Positions 19,494 through 28,640 are shown, counted from the first letter of the stretch. The stretch: 64,000 bases of DNA from a virus (IMGVR_UViG_3300042922_000982:64001-128000), one strand, 5' to 3'. Notes: generated by a model from the sequence alone, not told the origin. Program-made: numbers and translations.

Positions 19494-20177
19494 ATGCCCA
19501 TTCCCGTGAACACGGCCCCCGCCGACTTGCAGCCCGCGCTGATCGTCGCCTGCAACGAGCTGTCGGATCGCGTCGATGTGCCCCGTGAGGGCACCCGCGC
19601 GCCCGAGTCCTGGGTGCGCTACTTCGCCGCCCGCCCCGGCAGCATCGACCTGGCCAAGCTCGGCGCCATCTGGGCGGCCGTCGTCTACACCGACGCGACC
19701 AAGCAGACGGTGGCCGCCGCCAACGCCGTCCCGGTGATCGATTGCGACGTGGCGACCACGGCCGCGCTCGCCGCCAACACCCTCACCGCTGGCGAGCTGG
19801 TGGCCTCCGCCAACGGCGCGCTCGCCAACATCGACGGCCAGGCCCCCGCGCTCAAGAAGATCGTCCTGGTGAAAAACGAGGCAGACGCCACCAAGCTCGG
19901 CTTCTACGTGATCACCGACCTGGGCTCGGCGGGCACCCCCTGGAAGATGAAGCGCGTTCCGGGCGCCACCTTGCAGAACAAGGCCGCCACGCTGGTCAAG
20001 ACCGGCACGGCCAACGCGAACAAGGTCTTCCGCATCACCACGGCCAACCCGATCGTGGCGGGCACCACGGCGATCGCCTTCGCCGAGCTGGCCTCCGCCA
20101 GCGCGGTCGAGGCCCTCTTCGAGGTGGCCACCGCCTTGCAGCCGACCGTCGGCCTGGTGCTCTCGCCCAAGCTGTAA
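19494..20177 (+). CDS. virion structural (fibre/decoration-type) protein
   Basis: GAGGAGG RBS; IDGxxxxxxxxVLVKNExxAxxxGxYVxxxxGxxxxxWxxxR motif typical of fibre/decoration proteins; Ala/Thr-rich. Confidence 0.65.
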   Translation: MPIPVNTAPADLQPALIVACNELSDRVDVPREGTRAPESWVRYFAARPGSIDLAKLGAIWAAVVYTDATKQTVAAANAVPVIDCDVATTAALAANTLTAGELVASANGALANIDGQAPALKKIVLVKNEADATKLGFYVITDLGSAGTPWKMKRVPGATLQNKAATLVKTGTANANKVFRITTANPIVAGTTAIAFAELASASAVEALFEVATALQPTVGLVLSPKL

Positions 20178-20190
20178 GCACACAACCCCA

Positions 20191-20237
20191 AGGGGCGGTC
20201 CGCATGGTACGATCCATGCGGACCGCCCCCTTTTTTA
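20191..20237 (+). terminator. intrinsic terminator
   Basis: GGGGCGGTCCGCATGG/CCATGCGGACCGCCCC + T6. Confidence 0.9.
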
Positions 20238-20249
20238 CGGAGAACCGCC

Positions 20250-21128
20250 ATGTCCAAACCGCCTCGCCCCAGATTCATCGTCACGTCCTCGCCCCATATG
20301 GCCGACGATTTCTTCCGCTCCCGGCACGAGATCGCCAAGAGCGTCACTGTGCGGCGCGTCCCGGCCGCCGAGTTCCCGCCTTTGCCCAGGGCGGCCTCGT
20401 GGGGCACGGCGGCCACGGTGCCCCTCGTGGGGGCCCCGACGGCGGCGCCGTTCAGCGTGCCCGAGCGCACGCCCGATCACGCGGCGATCGCCGGGCACAT
20501 CACGCGCCTGATCGCCCACCTGCACACGCCGCCCCCCATGCCCGAGCCCACCAACGTCATGCGCGGCCTGCTCGCACCCGATCTGCGCGAGGCGATCGCG
20601 CGGCAGCGGCAGGGTGCCGACCTGTTCAGGCAGGCGGCCCAACGCGACGCGGAGGGCATCGCCACCGGCCGCATCGAGCTGCGCGCGGACAACCGCGTCC
20701 CGCCGGATCAGGTGCACCTGTTCGATCGCGCCGGGCGCCGCACAGGTGCGATCACCAACCTCGACAACGACACCCTCTCGGCCCCATGGCCCACCGGCGT
20801 ATGGGCGGGCGACCCCCGCGAGGAGGCCCCGTGGCCGTACCGGCCGCGCCGGGGTGGCGGCTTCATGCAGATGGACGAGCAAGCCTTCAAGCCGAAGGAG
20901 CCCCCGATGCGGACGATCGCCTTCAAGTGCCGGGGCTGCGGCGCCACGGGCGTGGTCGACGTGCCCGAGCCCATCTTCAACGACGTGGGGGTGAAGGTGG
21001 TCGTGGACATGACGCAACAGGCCACGGCCGACGGCTGCCTCAAGTGCATGGACGCGGTGCATGGGCTCGGCTACTCGATCGGTGTGACCTACCCCTACCC
21101 GGCCGACTGGCTCGAGCCCCGGCGGTAG
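20250..21128 (+). CDS. hypothetical Pro-rich protein, C-terminal CxxC pairs
   Basis: GGAGAACCGCCATG start. Confidence 0.75.
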   Translation: MSKPPRPRFIVTSSPHMADDFFRSRHEIAKSVTVRRVPAAEFPPLPRAASWGTAATVPLVGAPTAAPFSVPERTPDHAAIAGHITRLIAHLHTPPPMPEPTNVMRGLLAPDLREAIARQRQGADLFRQAAQRDAEGIATGRIELRADNRVPPDQVHLFDRAGRRTGAITNLDNDTLSAPWPTGVWAGDPREEAPWPYRPRRGGGFMQMDEQAFKPKEPPMRTIAFKCRGCGATGVVDVPEPIFNDVGVKVVVDMTQQATADGCLKCMDAVHGLGYSIGVTYPYPADWLEPRR

Positions 21129-21210
21129 GGCCCCCAGGAACGGTTTTTTCGGGGCCTGGATAGCAGGTAGTAGGGAGGGCTGGGCGGCACGCGCCGCGCA
21201 CCCCTCCCCG
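21128..21210 (+). promoter_or_regulatory. repeated promoter-like element, copy 6, + stem-loop
   Basis: GGAAC 21137, GGATAG 21158. Confidence 0.8.
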
Positions 21211-21225
21211 CTACGGAGAACCGCC

Positions 21226-21432
21226 ATGGACACCCCACCCACCGTCACCATCCCCGATCGCCTGTACCGCGCCGCCGTGCGGCTCGTCAATAGCACCTTC
21301 CCCGGCGCCGCGCCCACGCACGGCCTGATGGGTGCCTGCTTCGTGGAGACGCCCGCCGGGCGCATCCTCGGCGCGGGCCCCAGCTTCCGCGAGGCGTACG
21401 TCGTCGCGGCCGAGCGCCTGGCCGCCCGCTAA
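21226..21432 (+). CDS. hypothetical protein
   Basis: GGAGAACCGCCATG start. Confidence 0.7.
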   Translation: MDTPPTVTIPDRLYRAAVRLVNSTFPGAAPTHGLMGACFVETPAGRILGAGPSFREAYVVAAERLAAR

Positions 21433-21502
21433 CCCCACCCCCGTCACCCCAGCCTTCCGCCACCCGTGGCGTGGAGGCCCCACCGTTACAAGGAGAACCG
21501 CC

Positions 21503-21931
21503 ATGGGACACTACCTCACGCACACCACCCTCGATCACGCCATCACCTACGCCACCAACGAGCCCGAGACGGCCGTCATTCACGTCCTGACCGACCCCAA
21601 GCTGGGGCCGATCACCACCACGAGTACCGACGCGGCCATGTACGCCCTGCGCCAGGGGGCCACGCACCACCTGACGCTCAACGGCCCCAAGCTGGTCGAG
21701 CCCGAGAACTACAAGCCCGCGCCGCTGCCGCCCAAGGCCGAGGGCTACGCAAACGTGGCCGTGTTCGAGCCGTACGGCCTGGGCAAGCGCGACCTGGTCG
21801 ACGTGTACGTGCGCCTGGTGGGCGCCCGCGTCGAGATCCAGCTCGACGACAAGCAGGCGAAAACGATGCACGCGAACGCCACCTCCTTGATCAACCTGCC
21901 CCACACCACTTGCGCCATCTTCTGGCGGTGA
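21503..21931 (+). CDS. hypothetical protein
   Basis: AAGGAGAACCGCCATG start. Confidence 0.75.
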   Translation: MGHYLTHTTLDHAITYATNEPETAVIHVLTDPKLGPITTTSTDAAMYALRQGATHHLTLNGPKLVEPENYKPAPLPPKAEGYANVAVFEPYGLGKRDLVDVYVRLVGARVEIQLDDKQAKTMHANATSLINLPHTTCAIFWR

Positions 21932-21945
21932 AAGGACCCTACGCC

Positions 21946-22254
21946 ATGACGAACCTCAACACCCCCGCCCCCCTGGCCCCCGAGGCCGCCCTCACGGCCA
22001 CCGTCGCCGCCTTGCAGGGCGTCTTGCAAAGCATCGAGCGCGGTGACACCGGCACCACGCCGTCGGTGCGCCGGATGATCGCCCAGGCGATCGCGATCGG
22101 CTGCACGACGCTCGGCGACCCCGAGGGCGCATCCGACGCGGAATCCAAGCAGGATCCGCCCGAGCCGAAGGGCCTGAGCCCGGAGGACTACTTCGCCGGG
22201 CCGCGCCCGTACCGCGCGCTGGGCGGGCACCCCCGCTCGACCCTGCTGCGCTAG
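21946..22254 (+). CDS. hypothetical protein
   Basis: GAAAGGA RBS. Confidence 0.7.
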   Translation: MTNLNTPAPLAPEAALTATVAALQGVLQSIERGDTGTTPSVRRMIAQAIAIGCTTLGDPEGASDAESKQDPPEPKGLSPEDYFAGPRPYRALGGHPRSTLLR

Positions 22255-22264
22255 GGGGCCGCCG

Positions 22265-22582
22265 ATGACGACCCCGAAGATCACCAGGAAGGCCAAGGGC
22301 CTGCTCGACAAGCCCCTGGTCCTCGACGCCATGATGAACGGCCGGTACGTCGTGGAGACGAAGGCGGGCCGTTTCGTCGGCGCCTTCGACACCATGGGGG
22401 AGGCGCAAGAGGCCGCATTCAACGACGAGCGGGCGGCGCACCACGAGCTGCACTACCCGCTCGACGAGCAGGCCCTGCGCAAGCTCAGGATCCGCATGCT
22501 CGAAATCCCGAGCGACGAGCGGGTGGTGCGGGCGATCGCCGCGCTTGACGACGCCATGAAAAAGCGCGGGGTCACCGCGTAG
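22265..22582 (+). CDS. hypothetical protein
   Basis: operon packing, codon usage. Confidence 0.7.
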   Translation: MTTPKITRKAKGLLDKPLVLDAMMNGRYVVETKAGRFVGAFDTMGEAQEAAFNDERAAHHELHYPLDEQALRKLRIRMLEIPSDERVVRAIAALDDAMKKRGVTA

Positions 22583-22665
22583 GGCCGCCAGGAACGGTTT
22601 TTCACCCGCCTGGATAACAGGTGGCAGGGAGGGCTGGGCGGCACGCGCCGCGCACCCCCCCCCCG
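22582..22665 (+). promoter_or_regulatory. repeated promoter-like element, copy 7, + stem-loop
   Basis: GGAAC 22591, GGATAA 22612; hairpin shared with copy 6. Confidence 0.8.
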
Positions 22666-22696
22666 CGCCACCCCCATCGTCGCGAGGAGAATCGCC

Positions 22697-22966
22697 ATGC
22701 AAGTCAAGATCAAGCAGAACTGGGCCAACGGCTTCTGGTGGGTGCAGCCCGCCTGCGATCGCTCGCGGCTCGTGCTGCGCGCCGACGAGCGCGATAACGG
22801 CATGATGAACAACGAGGCCGTCGCCGAGCTGGCCGGGCGTGAATGGCTGCAAGCCTTCCTGCATGGCGCCCACCCCGCCGACGCCTGGCACCTGATCGAG
22901 GTGCCCGTCCAGCACCGGCTCAACCAGCGCGCCTCGGCGATCATGACCGCCGACAGCGCGCGCTAG
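22697..22966 (+). CDS. hypothetical protein
   Basis: GGAGAATCGCCATG start. Confidence 0.75.
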   Translation: MQVKIKQNWANGFWWVQPACDRSRLVLRADERDNGMMNNEAVAELAGREWLQAFLHGAHPADAWHLIEVPVQHRLNQRASAIMTADSAR

Positions 22967-23007
22967 TCCCCACCCCCGTTACCCCCACCGCTACAAGGAG
23001 AACCGCC

Positions 23008-23541
23008 ATGACCCACACCGCCCCCGCCACGCGCATCATCACGGCGCACCGCGCCCTCAACGAGCCCGCCCCCGGCACCGACGCCGTGGGCAGCTACCTC
23101 TACATGATCGGCCCCGACGGCGAGCGCCGCCGCGTGACCCCGGTGGTCGACGCCAAGGAGCTGCTCTACAACTGGATCGACCGCCAGGGCTGGGAGCGCG
23201 TGCTGCCGATCGTGCCCGGCACCCCGGCCGCCTTCACGCGCGAGGTCCGCGTGGACTACGACGAGTGGGAGCCGAACGCCCCGGCCCCGGAGCGCCCGGA
23301 CACCACGCGCGTCGAGCGCGCGGGCGAGGGCACCGAGCACGATCGCCACATGGTCTACGACGGCGACACCTACCTGGGCTATGTGCGCTACGGCTCCTTC
23401 AACAACTGGGAGGTCGCGCGCTGGGAGCCCTGGCAGGACGGCCCGCACACGATCGCCTTCATGCACACGCTCGACATGGCGATCGACAAGCTGGCCCAGG
23501 CCGCGCGCGCGAACCGTGGCGCGCTCGGCCCGCGCTACTAG
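23008..23541 (+). CDS. hypothetical protein
   Basis: AAGGAGAACCGCCATG start. Confidence 0.8.
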   Translation: MTHTAPATRIITAHRALNEPAPGTDAVGSYLYMIGPDGERRRVTPVVDAKELLYNWIDRQGWERVLPIVPGTPAAFTREVRVDYDEWEPNAPAPERPDTTRVERAGEGTEHDRHMVYDGDTYLGYVRYGSFNNWEVARWEPWQDGPHTIAFMHTLDMAIDKLAQAARANRGALGPRY

Positions 23542-23551
23542 GGGCGCGCCC

Positions 23552-23812
23552 ATGCCCCGCCGCAAGTACGACCCGCTCGACACGGCCCGCGCCCCCTTTT
23601 ACACCTGCATCATCTGCGGGGGGCTGGGGGCCTGGCTGGCCGAGCCCACCGTGACGGGAGGGCCCAAGGGCTGGCCCTCTTTTCGCCTCTACACCTGCGA
23701 CGCGCACTTGGCGGAAGGCATCCGCAAGCTGCCGCGCCGCGTCTATGGCTACCCCGGCCGGGTGCGCGTGACGCACATTCCCGGCGTGACCGAGGAGAAC
23801 CGCAATGGCTAA
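23552..23812 (+). CDS. small Zn-binding protein (CIIC..CDAH)
   Basis: operon packing. Confidence 0.6.
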   Translation: MPRRKYDPLDTARAPFYTCIICGGLGAWLAEPTVTGGPKGWPSFRLYTCDAHLAEGIRKLPRRVYGYPGRVRVTHIPGVTEENRNG

Positions 23813-24137
23813 CACGATCCCCCCCGCCCTGCCCGAGCCCATCCGCGCGGCGATCGCCGAGTTCGACGACTACCGCGCGAGCAAGCGAGACTTCGGCACC
23901 TGCGACACCGAGCCGGACGGCGTGTTTCACTACGTCATCCGGCAGGCGTACGAGCGCAAGCCCTTCCCCATCAACTTGAACGCCGACCGCTGGGAAATCT
24001 TCGATGGGCCCGGCGCCGACGCGGTGGCCGACGGGCTCAACGATCGCGCCCGCAAGGTCTACGACGCCATCCTCAAGCATGCCACCTCGGACGACAAGCC
24101 CGCCCTGGCGGGCTACGCCTGGCGCGTGCGCTTCTAA
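23805..24137 (+). CDS. hypothetical protein
   Basis: GGAGAACCGCAATG start. Confidence 0.75.
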   Translation: MANTIPPALPEPIRAAIAEFDDYRASKRDFGTCDTEPDGVFHYVIRQAYERKPFPINLNADRWEIFDGPGADAVADGLNDRARKVYDAILKHATSDDKPALAGYAWRVRF

Positions 24138-24211
24138 GTCCTCCCGCCCCGGTGCCGGTGCACCGGGGCCCTTCCCCGTCACCCCCTCGATTCCCGACAA
24201 GGAGAACCGCC

Positions 24212-25408
24212 ATGAGCACCCTCACCTCCGACGCCTACGGCTGGCCGCAGCCCCCGGCAACCTCCATCTGCGGCCAGTGCGGCCACGTGGCCTGCCTGGC
24301 GCCCGACGCCCCCGCGCGCTACACCTGCGCCACCTGCCAATTCGTCATGCCCTACGACCCCGGCCCCGTGATGGGCTACGCCTGGAACCGGGATCCGGCC
24401 GCGCCCTACTGCCTGGCGCACCGGCCCGGCACCGACGAGACGTCCGCGCGCCAGGACACGCCCGACCTGTACCTGCGCGAGGTGACGGTGACCGACTTGC
24501 CCGCCGTCGTGGCGGCGGGCAACGCCGGGATCCGCTGCTGCGTGTGCGGCGCCCCCCTGCGCTCGGCGGAGGACCTCGCGGCCGATCGCGAGCACGAGGC
24601 CGCCATGAACGCGCACAACGCCGAGATGGCCGCGTACCTCGAAGCGAACCCGCCCGAGGACGACAGCCTGGCCGCCCACCTGAAGGACACGCTCGCGCGC
24701 ATCCCCGATGGCCCCGCCTTCGTGCTGGCGCGCAACTTCATCCTGAACCGGATCGACGGGCAAGACGGCTGCGATTGCTACGACGGCGCGCCCGATTGCC
24801 CGCCGCCCGGCCGCGTGCGCTGCGAGTTCTGCGAGGGCATCGCCGCGCTCGAGGCCATGGGCGATCGCGGCAAGGAGGCGCTCGCCAGGCTGCAAGACTT
24901 CGCCTCCGAAGCGTACGCCATGCGCCGCGCGGTGCGCATGGTCGAGGCGATGAACAAGAGCACGAGCCCCGAGGGCATGGCCATCCTGCGCGCGGCCATG
25001 CAAGCCTACCCCAAGCACGGCTTCGGCCCGGTGCCCACCGAGGACACCCCCCACGGCCTCCGCTACCACTGGCTGGTGCCCTACCCCACGCCGCACCACC
25101 TCGACCTGGCCGGGTACGAGAACCGGCAAGTCGAGGTGACGGAGACCTGGGTCGTGAACGGTGCGATTCCGAATGTGCCCGAGTGCAAGCTGCCGCTCAG
25201 CGGGGCGATCGGCGCGATCGGCCTCGCGGTGGAGTGGCACATGAATCCACCCAGCAGCACGCACCTGAGCGTCTCCGTCCCCGTGATCGACCCCGCCAAG
25301 GTGCGCGCGGCGGCGGCCACCCTTCACGGCCACGGGGCGATTGACGTGTTCGTCGAGCGCATCACCACCGAGCGCGAGGACATCGCCCCGCCCTCCCTCA
25401 CCGTCTAA
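24212..25408 (+). CDS. multi-Zn-finger hypothetical protein
   Basis: AAGGAGAACCGCCATG start; CGQC, CATC, CVCG, CEFC. Confidence 0.8.
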   Translation: MSTLTSDAYGWPQPPATSICGQCGHVACLAPDAPARYTCATCQFVMPYDPGPVMGYAWNRDPAAPYCLAHRPGTDETSARQDTPDLYLREVTVTDLPAVVAAGNAGIRCCVCGAPLRSAEDLAADREHEAAMNAHNAEMAAYLEANPPEDDSLAAHLKDTLARIPDGPAFVLARNFILNRIDGQDGCDCYDGAPDCPPPGRVRCEFCEGIAALEAMGDRGKEALARLQDFASEAYAMRRAVRMVEAMNKSTSPEGMAILRAAMQAYPKHGFGPVPTEDTPHGLRYHWLVPYPTPHHLDLAGYENRQVEVTETWVVNGAIPNVPECKLPLSGAIGAIGLAVEWHMNPPSSTHLSVSVPVIDPAKVRAAAATLHGHGAIDVFVERITTEREDIAPPSLTV

Positions 25409-25459
25409 CCCCACCCCCTGGGCTGCCCGCGCGGGCGGCCCCAACAAGAGGAGAGTCCC

Positions 25460-25891
25460 ATGAGCACCATCGAGAACCCGGCCCACTCGGTCGTCTTGTC
25501 CGCCCCCATTCCCGAGCAGATGCACATCGTCCATGCGATCCTGAGCCAATGGTGGCTGCAAGCCAACGGCGGCGGCAGCACCCCCGAGGGCGACGAGCAC
25601 GCGAGCGGCCAGGCCCGATTGGCCCTGGCCGCCCTGCACCAATCGGCCTGGCCCATGACCGACGGCCAGCTGATCCCCATCCAGGGCGCCATCGAGGCCC
25701 TGGGGCGTCACCGTGCCAGCCTGTCGGTGCGCGCGCCCGGCACCGTCGACCTGTATGACCACCTGCGCGCGGTGTTGTCGGTGATCGCCCTCAAGAACGC
25801 CTTTGTCGAGGGCGCGCTCGCGATCGCCATGAAAGACGTGGCGCCCGGCAGCCTGCCGACCGGCTTCGAGCCCGGCGCGGAGGTGAGCTGA
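25460..25891 (+). CDS. hypothetical protein
   Basis: GAGGAG RBS. Confidence 0.75.
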   Translation: MSTIENPAHSVVLSAPIPEQMHIVHAILSQWWLQANGGGSTPEGDEHASGQARLALAALHQSAWPMTDGQLIPIQGAIEALGRHRASLSVRAPGTVDLYDHLRAVLSVIALKNAFVEGALAIAMKDVAPGSLPTGFEPGAEVS

Positions 25892-26475
25892 TGCGCCCGC
25901 CGATCACCCTCCCCGACGTAACGATCGCCATGGGCAACGACGGCCGCTGGCACGTCAGCACCTGGGCGCACACCAAGCTCGGCACCGTGCTGCCCCTGTC
26001 GGCCTCGACCGCCACGGTTACGCTCTCCTGGCACGCCGACAAGCAGCCCGCGTGGGAGAACGAGTGGACCCATGGCTCCTACTCGGTCATCGGCGTCGAC
26101 CTGATGCGCGGGGCCGTGCAGAGCCTGCTCGATCGAGTCAATGCCCTGCGCCTCCCGAGCGAGGACCTCGCCCCGGCCGACAACGCGGCCGAATTGCATG
26201 GGGCGGCACAAGTGCCCGCCGGGGATGCTTCAGGCACCCTGTCGGGGCAGCAGGAGGGCAAGGCGGAGCCGTTGGGCTACGCCTTCGCGCACGGCCTCTG
26301 CCAGAAGCTCGACGCGCACCTCGGAAGCCTGAGCGCCCAGCTGGCTGGTGGCACCGCCACCCCCGAGCTTGTCGCCCGGCACGTCCGCAAGTCGATCAAG
26401 GGCATGCGCACCTTGATCGATCGCATCGAGTTCCACACCGGCTGCAACGCGCAAGAGGCCCCCACCGATGCCTGA
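25891..26475 (+). CDS. hypothetical protein
   Basis: GGAGG RBS, TGATG overlap. Confidence 0.75.
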   Translation: MRPPITLPDVTIAMGNDGRWHVSTWAHTKLGTVLPLSASTATVTLSWHADKQPAWENEWTHGSYSVIGVDLMRGAVQSLLDRVNALRLPSEDLAPADNAAELHGAAQVPAGDASGTLSGQQEGKAEPLGYAFAHGLCQKLDAHLGSLSAQLAGGTATPELVARHVRKSIKGMRTLIDRIEFHTGCNAQEAPTDA

Positions 26476-26704
26476 GCCGCCCGTACCCCCCGCGCGGCGC
26501 ACACCCACCGCGCACGCCGCGCACACGAAGCCCTGTGGGTGCGCCTCCCCGGAGGCAGCCTTCACCACCTGCCCGTGCGGCGCCTGCTACGACGCCACCG
26601 TGCTGAGCTTCCACGCCTTCCGCTGCTACGATTGCGGGCGCGTGCGCAGCAGCAATCCCCACCCCCGACCGAAAGGAGCCCCCGATGGCTTGCCAAAAAT
26701 GTGA
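26468..26704 (+). CDS. small Cys-rich protein
   Basis: GAGG RBS. Confidence 0.55.
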   Translation: MPEPPVPPARRTPTAHAAHTKPCGCASPEAAFTTCPCGACYDATVLSFHAFRCYDCGRVRSSNPHPRPKGAPDGLPKM

Positions 26705-27314
26705 CGCCGAAGCCCTGGCCAGCGAGCTTCGCGCCATGCCCCCCGACGCCTTCCACGCCCTGCACCGGCACCACGCCGAGGCGCGCACGAAGGCGGGCGA
26801 GGAGTACTCGCGGCTCAACGACATCGTTCACGCCTACGACCGCGAGCTGGACCTTCGCCAGCGCGAGGTCAACCAGGGCCTGCGCGAGTCGAACAAGCAC
26901 CCGCTCAACAGCGAGCGGCCGTCGGTGCACCCGAACGTCCCGCTCATGACGCCCCAGGTGATCGCCTTGATCACGTCGGCGGCGAGCGCCCTGCACTACG
27001 CGGGCAGGCACGGGCGCCTGCCGTCGGGCGGCGAGGAGCGCGGCAACGCGATCGATTGCCTCGACATGAGCAAGCAGCTGAGCGCGGCGATCGCCAAGGG
27101 CCCGAGGTACAAATGGGGCACCGCCCGCGAGACCGGCGAGGGCGCCATGACCGGCCGCCACCTGGTGCTCGCCAACGCGGAGGTGGGCGAGGGCACCCTG
27201 AGCGCCTGCGGCATGGCGGTCCACCTGACCGGCGCGCCGGGAGCGCAGACCGGCTGCTCGGCCTGCGAGCAACTCGCCGACGATCACCCCGAGGTCATCG
27301 AGCGCAAGTCCTGA
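26685..27314 (+). CDS. hypothetical protein
   Basis: GAAAGGAG RBS. Confidence 0.75.
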   Translation: MACQKCDAEALASELRAMPPDAFHALHRHHAEARTKAGEEYSRLNDIVHAYDRELDLRQREVNQGLRESNKHPLNSERPSVHPNVPLMTPQVIALITSAASALHYAGRHGRLPSGGEERGNAIDCLDMSKQLSAAIAKGPRYKWGTARETGEGAMTGRHLVLANAEVGEGTLSACGMAVHLTGAPGAQTGCSACEQLADDHPEVIERKS

Positions 27315-27329
27315 CCCCCACGCACCTGC

Positions 27330-27362
27330 AAGGCCCGGCCGCACCACGCGGCCGGGCCTTTT
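27330..27362 (+). terminator. intrinsic terminator
   Basis: AAGGCCCGGCCGC/GCGGCCGGGCCTT + T run. Confidence 0.85.
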
Positions 27363-27375
27363 GTCGTTTGGCCCA

Positions 27376-27404
27376 TTGGATCCGGCCGGGCGCGGTGCTA
27401 TAAT
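27376..27404 (+). promoter_or_regulatory. sigma-70 promoter TTGGAT-N17-TATAAT with extended -10 (TG)
   Basis: consensus -10, canonical spacing. Confidence 0.75.
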
Positions 27405-27441
27405 GTGTTATGTTTCACCTGCCTGCCGAAAGGAGCCCGCC

Positions 27442-27759
27442 ATGGCCGTCCGCGATCCCGAGAGCCACCTGCGCCAGGCCATCGAGGAGGCCGTGCACCA
27501 CCTCAAGCACGCCCGCCGCCCGATCGCGATCGTCGGCTACTCCCCGGTCGATGCCGCCCTCGAGACCCTGGAGCGCGCCCTGCGCGGCGTGACGCCCGCG
27601 CCCGATTGCCTGGAGGGCGCGCACCCCGCCGACTTCCGCCTCACCACCGGGCAGCCCGAGGTCGACCCGGTGCACGCCTGCGCCGCGCACCTGCCGCTCG
27701 CCCTGAGCCGCTACAAGAACGCCCAGGTGGTTGCGCTTGAGCAAGCAGGCGTGGTATAG
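27442..27759 (+). CDS. hypothetical protein, stand-alone transcription unit
   Basis: GAAAGGAG RBS. Confidence 0.7.
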   Translation: MAVRDPESHLRQAIEEAVHHLKHARRPIAIVGYSPVDAALETLERALRGVTPAPDCLEGAHPADFRLTTGQPEVDPVHACAAHLPLALSRYKNAQVVALEQAGVV

Positions 27760-27796
27760 TCGCGGCTGCTTGTCTGGCTTCAACGGTTCTCATCCG

Positions 27797-27828
27797 AAAG
27801 GCCCGGTCCCTGTGGACCGGGCCTTTTG
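27797..27828. terminator. bidirectional terminator between the two genome arms
   Basis: AAAGGCCCGGTCC/GGACCGGGCCTTT stem at the convergence point. Confidence 0.85.
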
Positions 27829-27834
27829 GTGTCT

Positions 27835-28470
27835 TTAGCCCCACACGCCGTAGGTGTTCGGCTTCGGCGGCACCGGGCCGTCGGCGGCCGGGCCCGGCCG
27901 CCGGGGCTGCGTCGCCTTCGGCGCGGGCGGGGTGTAGGGCGTCACCTCGGCGTCGGAGCGAACGTAGAGCGGGTGGCGCGGGTGACCATCCTTCGTGGTG
28001 CCGAGCGCGTGGAGCTGCTTGTCCGGCACCTCGCGGGCGAGCAAGTCGAGCACCTCGCGATCGCGGCCCCGGTAGGTGCCGTCGGTGCCCCACGCGGCCA
28101 CGGGGATGTCGGCGCGGCGGACCGCCTCGACGATCGCGCGGTCGTTGGCGGCACTCGACGGCTCGTCGACGGTGCGCAGGCCCTTCGGGTCGGTCGAGCG
28201 CAGATCGAATAGGTTGACGACCTCCAGCCGCCCGGCGCCCAGGCGCTTGGCGTGCTTGACGCAGCGCGTCACGGTCGGGTCGAGCTTGAAGGCGTCCGCG
28301 ACCGAGGGATTCAGCATCAAGAACGTGGCCGTCTTGGGGTTGTCGGGATCCCACTCGCGGGTCAGGTGCTGGCGGTGCGTGCGCGCCTGGTTGAACACGG
28401 CCGAGGCGCGGCCGTGGGGGCCGTCGTCCTGGTGGTCGATCACCAATTCGGGGGCGAGGTAGTCGGGCAT
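27835..28470 (-). CDS. DUF1643 family protein
   Basis: FLMLNPSxAD..DPTxxRC..VNLFxxRSTDP..AWG..TKDGHPRHPLY motifs; AAGGAGG RBS. Confidence 0.9.
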   Translation of the reverse strand: MPDYLAPELVIDHQDDGPHGRASAVFNQARTHRQHLTREWDPDNPKTATFLMLNPSVADAFKLDPTVTRCVKHAKRLGAGRLEVVNLFDLRSTDPKGLRTVDEPSSAANDRAIVEAVRRADIPVAAWGTDGTYRGRDREVLDLLAREVPDKQLHALGTTKDGHPRHPLYVRSDAEVTPYTPPAPKATQPRRPGPAADGPVPPKPNTYGVWG

Positions 28471-28550
28471 GGCGGTCCTCCTTTCAAGGGAGCCCCATGA
28501 TAGCGCAAGACCCCCGGCTTGCCGAGGGTCTTGCTGGCCTTGACGGCCCA

Positions 28551-28640
28551 TGGCGCTGGGGCGGGACTCGAACCCGCATGCCCCGCTCGGGGGCAAGGTT
28601 GCGCACACACCCTCCGTCTACCGTCTTCCGGCACCCAGCG
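28551..28640 (-). ncRNA. tRNA-like RNA 1 (class II-like body, aberrant 9-nt anticodon loop, 3' GCCA)
   Basis: GCTGGG/CCCAGC acceptor, CCG-GAAGACGGTAGA-CGG D arm, long variable arm, GCGGG-TTCGAGT-CCCGC T arm; TGcTACACT -10 at 28646-28654. Confidence 0.8.

Noticed and set aside
5124-22665. CRISPR array or integron attC sites
   Set aside because: The repeats are kilobases apart, lack GTTRRRY boxes and regular spacers, and no cas or integrase gene is seen; fixed 16-nt spacing fits a promoter.
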